Source: an uncultured Planctomycetota bacterium
GTDB lineage: Bacteria; Planctomycetota; Planctomycetia; Isosphaerales; Isosphaeraceae
Length of the DNA: 64,000 nucleotides
Direction of reading: 5' to 3'
Assembly: GCA_963823665.1 (NCBI GenBank)
Contig: CAWGMQ010000010.1
Coordinates: 1,056,001 to 1,120,000, forward strand
Positions within the stretch are counted from its first letter, which is position 1, and each line of letters starts with the position of its first letter. A program made the translations under genes and the position numbers. The notes beneath the pieces are model-generated. The model made no database searches, was not told the origin of the DNA, and worked only from the letters and a program-made list of their open reading frames with translations. Positions 54,201 through 63,600 of the stretch are shown here, piece after piece.

Positions 54201-54315
54201 ACGGTGGCGAGCGCACACACGATCGCGTTAGCAATGGTTTGCCGCTTCGCTGCGAAATCGCCGAATCTCCTGCATCGCTATTTTCCAAGGCCGTAATTCG
54301 ACGCCCGTTCCCCCT

Positions 54316-54382
54316 GGAAATCCCTGAGAGTACGGAAGAAAAGTCAACAGAGGAAATCCCTGAGAGTACGGAAGAAAAGTCA
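54316..54382. repeat. Tandem duplication with 36-bp period (31 bp identical)
   Basis: GGAAATCCCTGAGAGTACGGAAGAAAAGTCA at 54316 and 54352. Confidence 0.9.
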
Positions 54383-54893
54383 TCCGACGCGAGGCGTGTC
54401 CTGCCCGGTGAAGAACCAGTCTCGAACAGAAGCCAACGAAATGAACGAGTCGTTTCGCAGACTCGCCGAGGAGAGCCGACGGGAAGCGGATGAGGGTCGC
54501 GGCTCGACGCTGGCCGACGTTCGCAAGAGACTTGAGGCTTCCTCGTAAACCGGAGCTTCCCGGTCTCCGCGACCGATCAAGCCGCCAATCGTCTTGCCCA
54601 GTCTTCGACGTGGGTCGAACTTAGGACGTCTCCTGAAGTCAGGACCGGTTCTCGATCCAAGAAGAATGGATGCTTGGCAAGGGTCGCTTCGCGCCAGGGA
54701 AGGGCGGGTGTCTGGCATCCCCCGACTTGCTCTTGTGATATTATCGTCGCATTGGGCTGATACTGCCAGTACTGTTCCCAGTTTGTTCCCAAATTGACCG
54801 CATGGCGATAGCGGTGGCGTTCGGGCAAGATGGACGCCAAGCACGACCGCGGCCCATGACCATCAATGAACTCCGACGTGGGCTAAACATCTG

Positions 54894-55091
54894 ATGTCGA
54901 CCAACGACCCTGACTTCTACGATGCTCGTAAGTTTTCGCCGGAACCTTCCGCTGCGGCGCCCCGCCAGCACGGGTGCCTTTACGGGTGCTTTTTCCACGG
55001 GTGTCTCATCGTGAGTATCCTGGCGCTGCTCTATGTGATCATCGCGTTGTTCCTCTTATGGGGTCATTCGTCTGGAAGACTTGGTGATTAG
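54894..55091 (+). CDS. Small single-TM hypothetical protein, possibly truncated
   Basis: 65 aa; HGC-LYGC-FFHGC triplet before a hydrophobic helix. Confidence 0.45.
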   Translation: MSTNDPDFYDARKFSPEPSAAAPRQHGCLYGCFFHGCLIVSILALLYVIIALFLLWGHSSGRLGD

Positions 55092-55216
55092 TCATTGATC
55101 ATTGACAGATGGGGATGAGCACGCCAGGAGACCGAAATCCTTTCCTCTCGACAAAGCCTCCGACTCGTGATAGCATTTCGCTATCGTTCCTTCTACAGAC
55201 GCCCCGGGAGGTATTT

Positions 55217-55450
55217 ATGGGCCAGGTCTTGGTACGTGGACTGGACGACACCGTGATCGAGCGACTCAGGCAGCGAGCCGAAAGTCATCATCGCTCGCTG
55301 GAAGCTGAGTTGCGGGAGATCCTGGAGCAAGTGTCGCGGCAAGTTGATGTCGCGACGGCGCGGGATCTGGCTGATCGAATCCGCAGCAGGCTCGAGGGTC
55401 GTCTCCATAGTGATAGTGCGGAATTGATCCGCGAGGATCGCGAGCGATGA
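55217..55450 (+). CDS. FitA/Arc-like ribbon-helix-helix antitoxin
   Basis: GGAGG RBS; MGQVLVRGLDD...LRQRAESHHRSLEAELREIL; ATGA overlap with the toxin gene. Confidence 0.9.
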   Translation: MGQVLVRGLDDTVIERLRQRAESHHRSLEAELREILEQVSRQVDVATARDLADRIRSRLEGRLHSDSAELIREDRER

Positions 55451-55908
55451 GCAACGGAGGAACCTCGAACGGATTGCCCCCCACCGTCGACGTGGTGGTC
55501 GACGCCAGCGTCGCCGTGAAGTGGTTTGTCCCAGAGATCTACTCCGCTGAGGCGCTACGGTTGCTCGACGCGGGTGTTCGACGCCACATCCCCGTCCTGC
55601 TCCACACCGAGTTCGGCCAAACCATCTGGAAGAAGGTATATCAGCGAAAAGAGATAGTGCCGGCAGATGGCCGGTTGATTCTTCGTGGACTGATGGTGAC
55701 GCCGTTGGAGGTCCACGCCGTGATGCCACTGGTCGAACCCGCCTTCGACATCGCCTTGGGCACGGGCCGAACGGTTTACGACAGCATTTACCTTGCGCTG
55801 GCTGTTGCACTGGGCTGCAAGTTGGTGACGGCGGATCAGAAACTCTACAACGCCCTCCGAGCCAGTGTGTTCGCTGCTGATGTGACCTGGGTGGCCGACC
55901 CGATTTGA
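55447..55908 (+). CDS. vapC: VapC/PIN-domain toxin
   Basis: VVVDASVAVKWF, TVYDSIYLALA, LVTADQKL. Confidence 0.92.
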   Translation: MSNGGTSNGLPPTVDVVVDASVAVKWFVPEIYSAEALRLLDAGVRRHIPVLLHTEFGQTIWKKVYQRKEIVPADGRLILRGLMVTPLEVHAVMPLVEPAFDIALGTGRTVYDSIYLALAVALGCKLVTADQKLYNALRASVFAADVTWVADPI

Positions 55909-56306
55909 GCGCCCTCAGACGTAGATTCTTTCATCGCTGACCCGAAAAACTCGCATGGATTCGTCGAGCTGACGTCAACCGACAATCGCCTGGCGAGCAC
56001 ATTCGACCTCCTCCATCAACTCGTCCACATCGACAACCGGCAACCGAAAGGGCCGGACACAGATAGGCCAAGCCTGAACCACGGCGCCACACCTCGACTC
56101 TACATCTCCAGGCATTGCCTGCCTGAGTGGCCATTGGGTGTGGCCGAGCGCGGACTTCAGCGGCATCCCGATCACCGAGCGACCGATCGAGGAGCGCTGC
56201 CGCGCGGTGTGGGTCATCAACATCGAACCCGGCCTGGTGGTGGCGTGTGTGATCTTCGAGGACGGTCGGGCGATCAAGCAAGGTGCGATTCACCCCAAGT
56301 CGCCAA

Positions 56307-56379
56307 TACCGAAGGTGGGACTTGAACCCACACCCTCTTGCAAGGACCGGATTTTGAGTCCGGGACGTCTGCCATCGGC
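56307..56379 (-). tRNA. tRNA-Leu(CAA), defective at the 5' side (pseudogene or att-site remnant)
   Basis: CCGGA-CTCAAAA-TCCGG anticodon arm, long variable arm, GTGGG-TTCAAGT-CCCAC T arm, 3' CTTCGGTA; about 11 nt missing between GCCGA and TGGCAGACG. Confidence 0.75.
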
Positions 56380-56479
56380 CTGATATTGGCGACACGTTGC
56401 GGTGATACTTGAGGTACTTGATTTCGAGGCCGTTACGGTGCGGCCTCGATCTGCGCGTGTTGTCGCCACATTGGGCTGA

Positions 56480-56792
56480 CTCCTACCCGTTTGATTCCTT
56501 CTCTGGTCTGACGATCGACACTGGTGTGTTCAACAGCACTGACGGACAACTCGGAATCGCATTTACAACCACATCCACAGGATTCACGCAGGGTGGTTCT
56601 ACTAACAACATCGCGGGCATCTGGACTCCCTTAGCGGCCGTGCCCGAGCCCGCCTCAGCGATGCAGGCAGGAATCGCCGTTGCGATCGGCCTGGCGATGG
56701 CCGCGTTCCGCAAACGCAACGAGGCGACAGCGGCCAGTAAGGCCACTCGACGCAAACCAATAAGCGTTCGACTCGCACCAAGGCACGATTGA
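56480..56792 (+). pseudogene. C-terminal remnant of a PEP-CTERM protein
   Basis: AVPEPASAMQAGIAVAIGLAMAAFRKR; no signal peptide or credible start. Confidence 0.7.
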
Positions 56793-57173
56793 TCGGTCGT
56801 GCTAAACACGTCGGCACCTACGGCCCGCCCGCGGGGGAGTCGCTGGGCGGCCATCAGCAGCGCCGCGGCCGCAGCCGATGTCGATGAGCCGCTCGTCGCC
56901 TTTGAGCTCAAGCCGATCGAGCAGCTCAGACCAGACGGCGAACTTGCCGGCGCGGGTGGCGTAGACGTAGCAGCCTGCGTTGAGAAACAGCCAGCGGGCG
57001 CCAAAGCCCAGGCCGGCAATGGAAATTCGGCACGGCACCACTGTCGCGCCCTCGCCGTGCCACAGCCGCCACACCAAGAGGGCAAGCAGGCAAGCGCCGC
57101 CGAGGACCATCAAGAGCGGAGCGTATGGTGCGTCGACGCCCTATGCGCCGCGGCGCGGCGGGATGGAGGTCAT
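56790..57173 (-). pseudogene. Class I SAM-dependent methyltransferase, N-terminal remnant
   Basis: RRGA*GVDAPY (in-frame stop), GKFAVWSELLD, LIDIGCGRGA, then a frameshift and truncation after GADVFSTTDQS. Confidence 0.75.
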
Positions 57174-57229
57174 GGTAGGATCAACCGAGTGCGGGCGAGC
57201 CGCATCATATTCTTGGGGCGTGTGGCGTT

Positions 57230-57248
57230 AAAGGTTCCTGACACCTTT
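57230..57248. repeat. REP-like hairpin AAAGGT-TCCTGAC-ACCTTT, copy 2
   Basis: Identical to 2838-2856. Confidence 0.8.
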
Positions 57249-57258
57249 GTTCTTTCCT

Positions 57259-57384
57259 GTGCAGCGGCCCCGCCGCCGCTACCGCGACGTGCTGCGCGCG
57301 CAGGTCGCCGCCACGCTTGAGAACCCGGACAAGGCGGCCGTCGAGGAGGAGCTCCGCGCCCTGTTCGCGGCCCTGGGGGGCTGA
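57259..57384 (+). pseudogene. 3' remnant of an ECF sigma gene, close copy of 60408-60534
   Basis: VQRPRRRYRDVLRAQVAATLENPDKAAVEEELRALFAALGG*. Confidence 0.85.
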
Positions 57385-57407
57385 CCGGAGCAAAAAATCG
57401 GCGCGCT

Positions 57408-57440
57408 GCGCGTCAGGTTCGGCGACGATTCCGTTACTTA
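57408..57440 (+). promoter_or_regulatory. Putative ECF promoter GTCA-N16-CGTTAC, duplicate of 60556-60588
   Basis: GCGCGTCA and TTCGGCGACGATTCCGT are shared by both sites. Confidence 0.55.
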
Positions 57441-57592
57441 GCGGGGTGGGCCCCGCGCCGCCCGCATGGGACGGCCCCCAGAACCCAGGGCGGTACACGG
57501 CCGGCCAACGCCCGGGCGCTCGGTCTGCGCGCCTGCGGCGAACACGTTGCCATTACAACGCAGACGCATGGCACAAGGGGAGCAACAACACG

Positions 57593-59335
57593 ATGAGTTA
57601 CATCTTGAAGCGGGATCAGCGGAGCGGCGGGCGGGGTAGGTTCCACGGACGGCAACGGTGGCGAATGCGGCCGACGTTTCTGGAACTGGAGGGACGCGCG
57701 CTCTTGTCCACGATTGTCGTCAACAACCCCACCGACACGCCCGTCGCCGGCGAGACCGACCTGCGCCAGGCGATCGCCCTGGCGAATACGAACGGAGGAG
57801 CCGAGACGATCACGTTTGACAAAACGGTGTTCCGCACGCCGCAGACGATCAAACTTGATCCGGCCCTGGGCCAGCTCGGGCTGAGCGACCAGACCGGGAC
57901 CGAGACGATCACGGGCCCGAGGGCGGGCGTGACCGTAAAAGGCAACTACACGACGCCGGGCGTCACCAACAGTGTATTCGAGATCGAACCGGGCGCCACG
58001 GCAACTATTTCGGGCCTCACCATCACGGGCGGGAATAACAGCCACTACGGCGGTGGCGTCGACAACCAGGGCACGGTGACGCTCATCGACTGCACCGTCA
58101 GCGGCAACACATCCAATTACAGCGGCGTGTTCAATTACAAGTACGGCGGCGGCGGCGGCGTGTTCAATTCCGGCACGGCCGACCTCATCGGCTGCACGCT
58201 CAACGGAAATACCGCCTACAACAGAGCATACGAGTTCGGCGGCGGCTACGTCAACATCGCCGAGGGCGGAGGCGTGGAGAATTCCAGCACGGGGAGCCTG
58301 ACGCTGACCGGCTGCACCGTCAGCGGCAACTCCGCCGGCACGGGCGGCGGCGTATCGAGCTACGGCACGACGACGCTCACAGGCTGCACGATCAGCGGCA
58401 ACTTCGCGGCCTTCGGCGGCGGCGGCGTATCGAACTATTCCGGCACGACGACGCTCACAGGCTGCACGATCAGCGGCAACTCAGCAGCCTCGGGCGGCGG
58501 CGTGATCAACTACTTCGGCACAGCCACGCTCACCAATTGCACAATCGGCGGTAACACGGCAACGAAAAGCGGTCACTCCATCGGCGTTGCCGGCTATGGC
58601 ATCGGCGGCGGGTTGGACAACGCCGCCCCCAACGGCACGCTCAAGCTCACCAACTGCACCGTCAGCGGCAACTCCGCCGGCTTCGGCGGCGGGGTGGCCA
58701 GCGACTTTTATGGCGGCGCGGTCACGGTGACCAACTGCATCATTAGCAACAACCAGGCCACGGGCGTCAACGGCGAGGCATTGGGGGGCGGGATCTTCAT
58801 GGCGGCCGGGACTCTCGCGCTTTCCAGCAGCACGCTCGTTGGTAACTCGGCAACGGGCCCGAGTGTCGTCGGTGCCGGCGGCGGTGGTCTCGAGCTCGAA
58901 GGAGCGAGCGCGACCGTCACCAACACGACATTCCTGGGTAACATCGCCAAAGGCGGTGCCGGGGGAGCGGGAGCCAACGGCGGCGATGCCGTCGGCGGCG
59001 GGATTAACGTGGGCGGATCGACTCTGGATCTTTCCGGGGGCATGCTGATCGGCAATGTGGCCCAGGGCGGCGCGGGCGGCTCGGGAGCCAACGGCGGATT
59101 CGGCTACGGTGGGGGAATCTTCGTCAGCGCGGCTAGCTCGGCGACCCTCGAAGACACGGTCGTCAGCCTGAACCTGGCTTTGGGCGGCCTGGCCGGCGCC
59201 GGCGGTAGCGCAGGCGACGGCATCGGCGGCGGCCTCTACATCTGGCCCGGCGGCGTGGTTACCCTCAAGAAGACGACGGTCACGCTCAACTTCGCCTCCA
59301 CCAGCAACGACAACATCTATGGCACCGTGAGCTGA
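57593..59335 (+). CDS. LExRxLL-leader exported beta-helix, Gly-rich protein
   Basis: GGGGAG RBS; FLELEGRALLS; DLRQAI; CTISGN-GGG repeats; ends NFASTSNDNIYGTVS. Confidence 0.85.
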   Translation: MSYILKRDQRSGGRGRFHGRQRWRMRPTFLELEGRALLSTIVVNNPTDTPVAGETDLRQAIALANTNGGAETITFDKTVFRTPQTIKLDPALGQLGLSDQTGTETITGPRAGVTVKGNYTTPGVTNSVFEIEPGATATISGLTITGGNNSHYGGGVDNQGTVTLIDCTVSGNTSNYSGVFNYKYGGGGGVFNSGTADLIGCTLNGNTAYNRAYEFGGGYVNIAEGGGVENSSTGSLTLTGCTVSGNSAGTGGGVSSYGTTTLTGCTISGNFAAFGGGGVSNYSGTTTLTGCTISGNSAASGGGVINYFGTATLTNCTIGGNTATKSGHSIGVAGYGIGGGLDNAAPNGTLKLTNCTVSGNSAGFGGGVASDFYGGAVTVTNCIISNNQATGVNGEALGGGIFMAAGTLALSSSTLVGNSATGPSVVGAGGGGLELEGASATVTNTTFLGNIAKGGAGGAGANGGDAVGGGINVGGSTLDLSGGMLIGNVAQGGAGGSGANGGFGYGGGIFVSAASSATLEDTVVSLNLALGGLAGAGGSAGDGIGGGLYIWPGGVVTLKKTTVTLNFASTSNDNIYGTVS

Positions 59336-59343
59336 TGACCTGA

Positions 59344-59400
59344 ATGTGGGACGGCCGCCGCTATGACCGGACCGGACAGCCGGGGGCGGCTGTCCCACAT
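59344..59400. repeat. Long inverted repeat (REP-like or terminator-like)
   Basis: ATGTGGGACGGCCGCC ... GGCGGCTGTCCCACAT, a 16-bp stem with one G-U pair, 9 nt after the stop codon. Confidence 0.75.
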
Positions 59401-59484
59401 CGGTTGATTTTGACCTGTCGGGCGGATTAAACTTCGGGTCGACTATTCACTTGCCCGCTCGGGCGTAAAACTCGTGCCGGAAAC

Positions 59485-59604
59485 GGAGCTGTCGATTCGG
59501 AGGGGGGAGGCATCTATAATCTCGGCACGTTTTCTATCGATACTCTCTCCGTGGTCATCGGCAACTTTGCCTCCACGAGCAACAATAATAAGTTCGGGGT
59601 CTGA
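59485..59604 (+). pseudogene. Orphan C-terminus homologous to the end of 57593-59335
   Basis: GAVDSEGGGIYNLGTFSIDTLSVVIGNFASTSNNNKFGV*. Confidence 0.7.
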
Positions 59605-59783
59605 ATCATCTGGCGCGATTCTGGTAGGGTTCGACGGCTTCCGTTCGCCGCGGCAGGCGCGGCTCAACCTCGCGGCAGCATGGGGGGGTTGGATTGCCGG
59701 GCCGACATGCCGTACAGTGGGTTAAGGTGCCGGTCGGGACGGCGACGCGGACCCGCTCGGCCCGCGAACCCGAGAGGCCCGCC

Positions 59784-60534
59784 ATGTCCGACCCCGAGGC
59801 CAACCCCTCCCCGAAGGCGCCGTTCCCGACGACCCGCTGGAGCCGGGTGGCCGCGGCCGTCGACCCGGCCGAGCCCGGGGCCCGTGCGGCCCTGGAGGAG
59901 CTCTGCCGGGCCTACTGGTATCCGCTGTATGCCTTCATCCGCCGTCAGGGATGCCGGCCCGACGAGGCCGCCGACGTGACCCAGGAGTACTTCGTCCGGC
60001 TGCTCGACACCGGCCTCCTCGCCCATGCCGACCGCCGCAAGGGCCGCTTCCGGACCTTCCTCCGCACCGACTGCGGCTTCTTCCTGGCCCACCGGGCCCA
60101 ACGCGGCCGGGCCCGGAAGCGCGGCGGCGGGGCGGCGCCGCTCTCGATCGACGCCCGCGACGCGGAGGGCCGCTACCTTCGCGAGCCGGCCGACCCGGGC
60201 CTGACGCCGGACCGCCTCTTCGACCGGGCCTGGGCCGTGCGGCTGCTCGACGGCGTGCTGGAGCACCTGGCGGGCGAGTACGCCGACTCCGGCCGCGCCG
60301 CCCAGTTCGAGGCCCTCCAGGTCGTCCTCAGCGCGGTGCCCCGCTCGGTCCCCTATGCGACGCTGGCGGCCCGGCTCGGAACGACCGAGGGGGGCGTGCA
60401 GGCCGCCGTGCAGCGACTCCGCCGGCGCTGACCGCGACGTGCTGCGCGAGCAGGTCGCCGCCACGCTTGAGGACCCGGACGAGGCGGCCGTCGAGGAAGA
60501 GCTCCGCGACCTGTTCGCGGCTTTGGGGGGTTGA
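59784..60534 (+). CDS. ECF sigma-70 factor (FPTTRWS type, kinase-associated); 1-bp insertion at ~60430
   Basis: FPTTRWSRV, LCRAYWYPLYAFIRR, KGRFRTFL, FDRAWA; comparison with the 57259 copy shows one extra G creating TGA. Confidence 0.9.
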
Positions 60535-60555
60535 CCGGAAAAAAATCGTGGCCCC

Positions 60556-60588
60556 GCGCGTCACATTCGGCGACGATTCCGTCACTCA
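60556..60588 (+). promoter_or_regulatory. Putative ECF promoter GTCA-N16-CGTCAC upstream of the kinase
   Basis: Conserved with 57408-57440. Confidence 0.55.
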
Positions 60589-60630
60589 GCGAGGTGCGCC
60601 CCGTACCGCCTGCATGCGAGGACCTCCCTC

Positions 60631-63600
60631 ATGGCCACCGCCGCCCCCGACCGCTGCCCGAGCTGCGGCGCCCAGCGCCCCGCCGACGCCCCCCGCGGCC
60701 ACTGCCCCCGCTGCCTGCTGCGCCAGGGGCTCGACGGCGCCTCGCTGAGCCTCTCGCACGCCGGCGAGCTCGGCGCCGGCGTTGACTTCTGCGGCTCCCG
60801 CGTCCTGGAGACGCTCGCCGCGATCGTGGGCCCTGTGCCGCGCGTCCTGCTGCGCGATAGCGACGACGGTGCCGAGCCCCCCGTCCTCGTGTTGCCCGAC
60901 CGGGCCGCCGCCGACCCGTCGGTTCGCTACCGCATCGACGGCGAGATCGCCCGCGGCGGCATGGGCGAGGTGCTCAAGGGCCGCGACCCCGACCTCGGCC
61001 GCGACGTCGCCATCAAGGTCCTCCGCGACGACCTCAGCGGCCGCCGCGAGATGGTCCGCCGCTTCGTCGAGGAGGCGCAGATCGGCGGCCAGCTCCAGCA
61101 CCCGGGCATCGTCCCGGTCTACGAGCTGGGCACCTTCGCCGACCGCCGGCCGTTCTTCTCGATGAAGCTGGTCAAGGGCCAGACCCTCGCGCAACTGCTG
61201 GCCGCCCGGCCGTCGCCGGCCGACGGGCTGCCGCGGTCCCTGGGCATCTTCGAGCAGGTGGCGCAGACCGTGGCCTACGCGCACGCCCGGGGGGTGATCC
61301 ACCGGGACCTGAAGCCGTCGAACGTCATGGTCGGCTCGTTCGGCGAGGTCCAGGTCATGGACTGGGGCCTGGCCAAGGTGCTGCCCCGCGGCGGGGTAGC
61401 GGATGACGCGGCCGCCGGCCGGGAGCCCGATCGCGAGACGGTCATCGCCACGGTGCGCAGCAGTTTCGCCCCGGACGCGGAGCTGTCGCGGGCCGGCTCG
61501 GTGCTGGGCACCCCGTCCTACATGGCGCCGGAGCAGGCCCGGGGCGAGATCGCCGCGGTGGACGAACGGGCCGACGTCTTCGCCCTGGGCTCGATCCTCT
61601 GCGAGGTCCTGACCGGCTCGCCCGCGTTCACCGGCCGGACATCGGCCGAGACCCAGCATAAGGCCGCCCGCGGCGACACGGCCGAGGCGCTGCTTCGGCT
61701 CGACGCCTGCGGGGCCGACGCCGAGCTCGTGGTCCTGGCCCGCGACTGCCTGGCCGCCGAGCCGCCCGACCGGCCGCGCGACGCCGGGGCCGTCCGCGAG
61801 CGGATCACGGCGTACCTGGCCGGCGTGCAGGAGCGGCTCCACGCCGCCGAGATCGAGCGGGCGCGCGCAGAGGCCAGAGCCGCCGAGGAGCGGAGGCGGC
61901 GCCGGCTCCAGCTCGGCCTGGCCGCGTCGCTCTTGGCGCTGACGACCCTCGGTGGCCTGGCCTTCACCTACGAGCTGCAAAGGCGGCAGGCCCGCGCCGC
62001 GCGGGCCGACCGGCTGCTGACCGAGGCGACGTTGTTGCGCAACCAGGCCCGCGCGCAGCGCGAGGACGTCGCCCGCTGGGAGCGCGCCCGGGAGGCCCTG
62101 GACCGGATCGGCGAGGAGCTCGGCCCGTTGGTTTCGGCCCCGCTGGCGGCGATGCGCCGGGAAGTCGGGGCCGGGCTGGGGGCCGCCAAGGCCGACCGCG
62201 CGCTCCTGGATCGGCTGGTGGACATCCGCTCGGCCCAGGCCGACGACCCGGACGGCTCGGCCACCGACGCCGCATACGCCGACGCCTTCGCCGACGCCGG
62301 GATCGACCCCGACGGCGGCGACCCGGCCGGGGCCGGCGCCCGGGTCGCCGGCCGCCCGAAGCCGGTGGCCGCGGCCCTGGTCGCGGCGCTGGACCACTGG
62401 TCCGCCGTCCGCCGCGCCCGCCACCCGAAGGGCCCGGGCTGGGCCCGGCGGCTGGCCGCGGCCCGCGCCGCCGACCCCGACCCGGACCGCGACGCCCTGC
62501 GCGCGGCCCTGCTCGTGGAGGACAAGGCGGCGCGGCTGGGTCGGTTGCGGCCGCTGGCCGAGCGGGCCGACGCGGGGTCGTGGGCGCCGGCCAGCCTGGT
62601 CCTGCTGGGCGAGGCCCTGGCCGCCGCGGGCGACGCGGACGCGGGGATCGCGGTACTGCGGCGGGCTTCGTGGTCCCACCCGCAGGACGCCCGGGTCCAC
62701 TACGCGCTGGGCCAGTTGCTGGAGCGGGTGCGGCCGCCGCAGCCGGAGGAGGCGATCCGGGCTTACTCGCTCGCCTGGAGCCGGCAGCCGGAACTGGCCG
62801 GGCACGAGCTGGCCCACGCGCTGGAGCGGCGCGGCCGCGGAGCGGAGGCCGAGGCGGTCTGGCGCGACCTGGTCGGCCGCCGGCCCGACGACGGCCGCCA
62901 CCTGGGCTGCTATGGCCGCCACCTGACGGAGCGGGGCCGCGGAGCCGAGGCCGCCCCGATGCTCGACCGGGCGGTCGAAGCGTGCCGCGAGGCGATCCGG
63001 CTGCGGCCCGACGACCCCGTGGCCCGCAACAACCTCGGCAACGCCCTGCACATCTCGGGCGACCGGCCCGGGGCCATCGCCGAGTACCGCGAGGTGATCC
63101 GGCTGCGGCCCGACGACCCCCAGGCCCCCTATAACCTCGGCTTGGCCCTGGACGATTCGGGCGACCGGCCCGGGGCCATCGCCGAGTACCGCGAGGCGAT
63201 CCGGAGGAAACCCGACTACGCCGAGGCCCACACCAACCTCGGCTTGGCCCTGGAGGCCTCGGGCGACCGGCCCGGGGCGATCGCGGCGCTCCGCGAGGCG
63301 ATCCGGCTGAAGCCCGACCTGCCCCAAGCCCATTACAACCTCGGTTCAGCCCTGAACGACTCGGGTGATCGGCGCGGGGCGATCGCGGCGCTCCGCGAGG
63401 CGATCCGGCTGAAGCCCGACGACGCCTTGGCCCACAGCAAACTCGGCCTGGTCCTGGACGACTCGGGCGACCGGGCCGGGGCGATCGCCGAGTACCGCGA
63501 GGCGATCCGGCTGCGGCCCGACGACCCCGTGGCCCACAACAACCTCGGCTTCGCCCTGGACGCCTCGGACGACCGGCCCGGGGCGGTCGCCGAGTACCGC

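Noticed and set aside
54316..54382. Possible CRISPR mini-array
   Set aside because: Only two copies with a 5-nt gap; no spacers and no cas genes
54400..54548. Antitoxin-like fragment MNESFRRLAEESRREADEGRGSTLADVRKRLEASS
   Set aside because: Too short, with no clear start or partner gene
54750..56479. Shared 11-mer CATTGGGCTGA at ~54750 and ~56469 as island boundary repeats
   Set aside because: Short enough to occur by chance and has no supporting structure
3620..60534. Frequent single-base frameshifts as programmed frameshifting, phase variation or mass pseudogenisation
   Set aside because: They also hit ordinary genes (Gfo/Idh/MocA, Uma2), show no shared slippery motif and come without in-frame stops; long-read indel error is the simpler explanation and needs read polishing to settle
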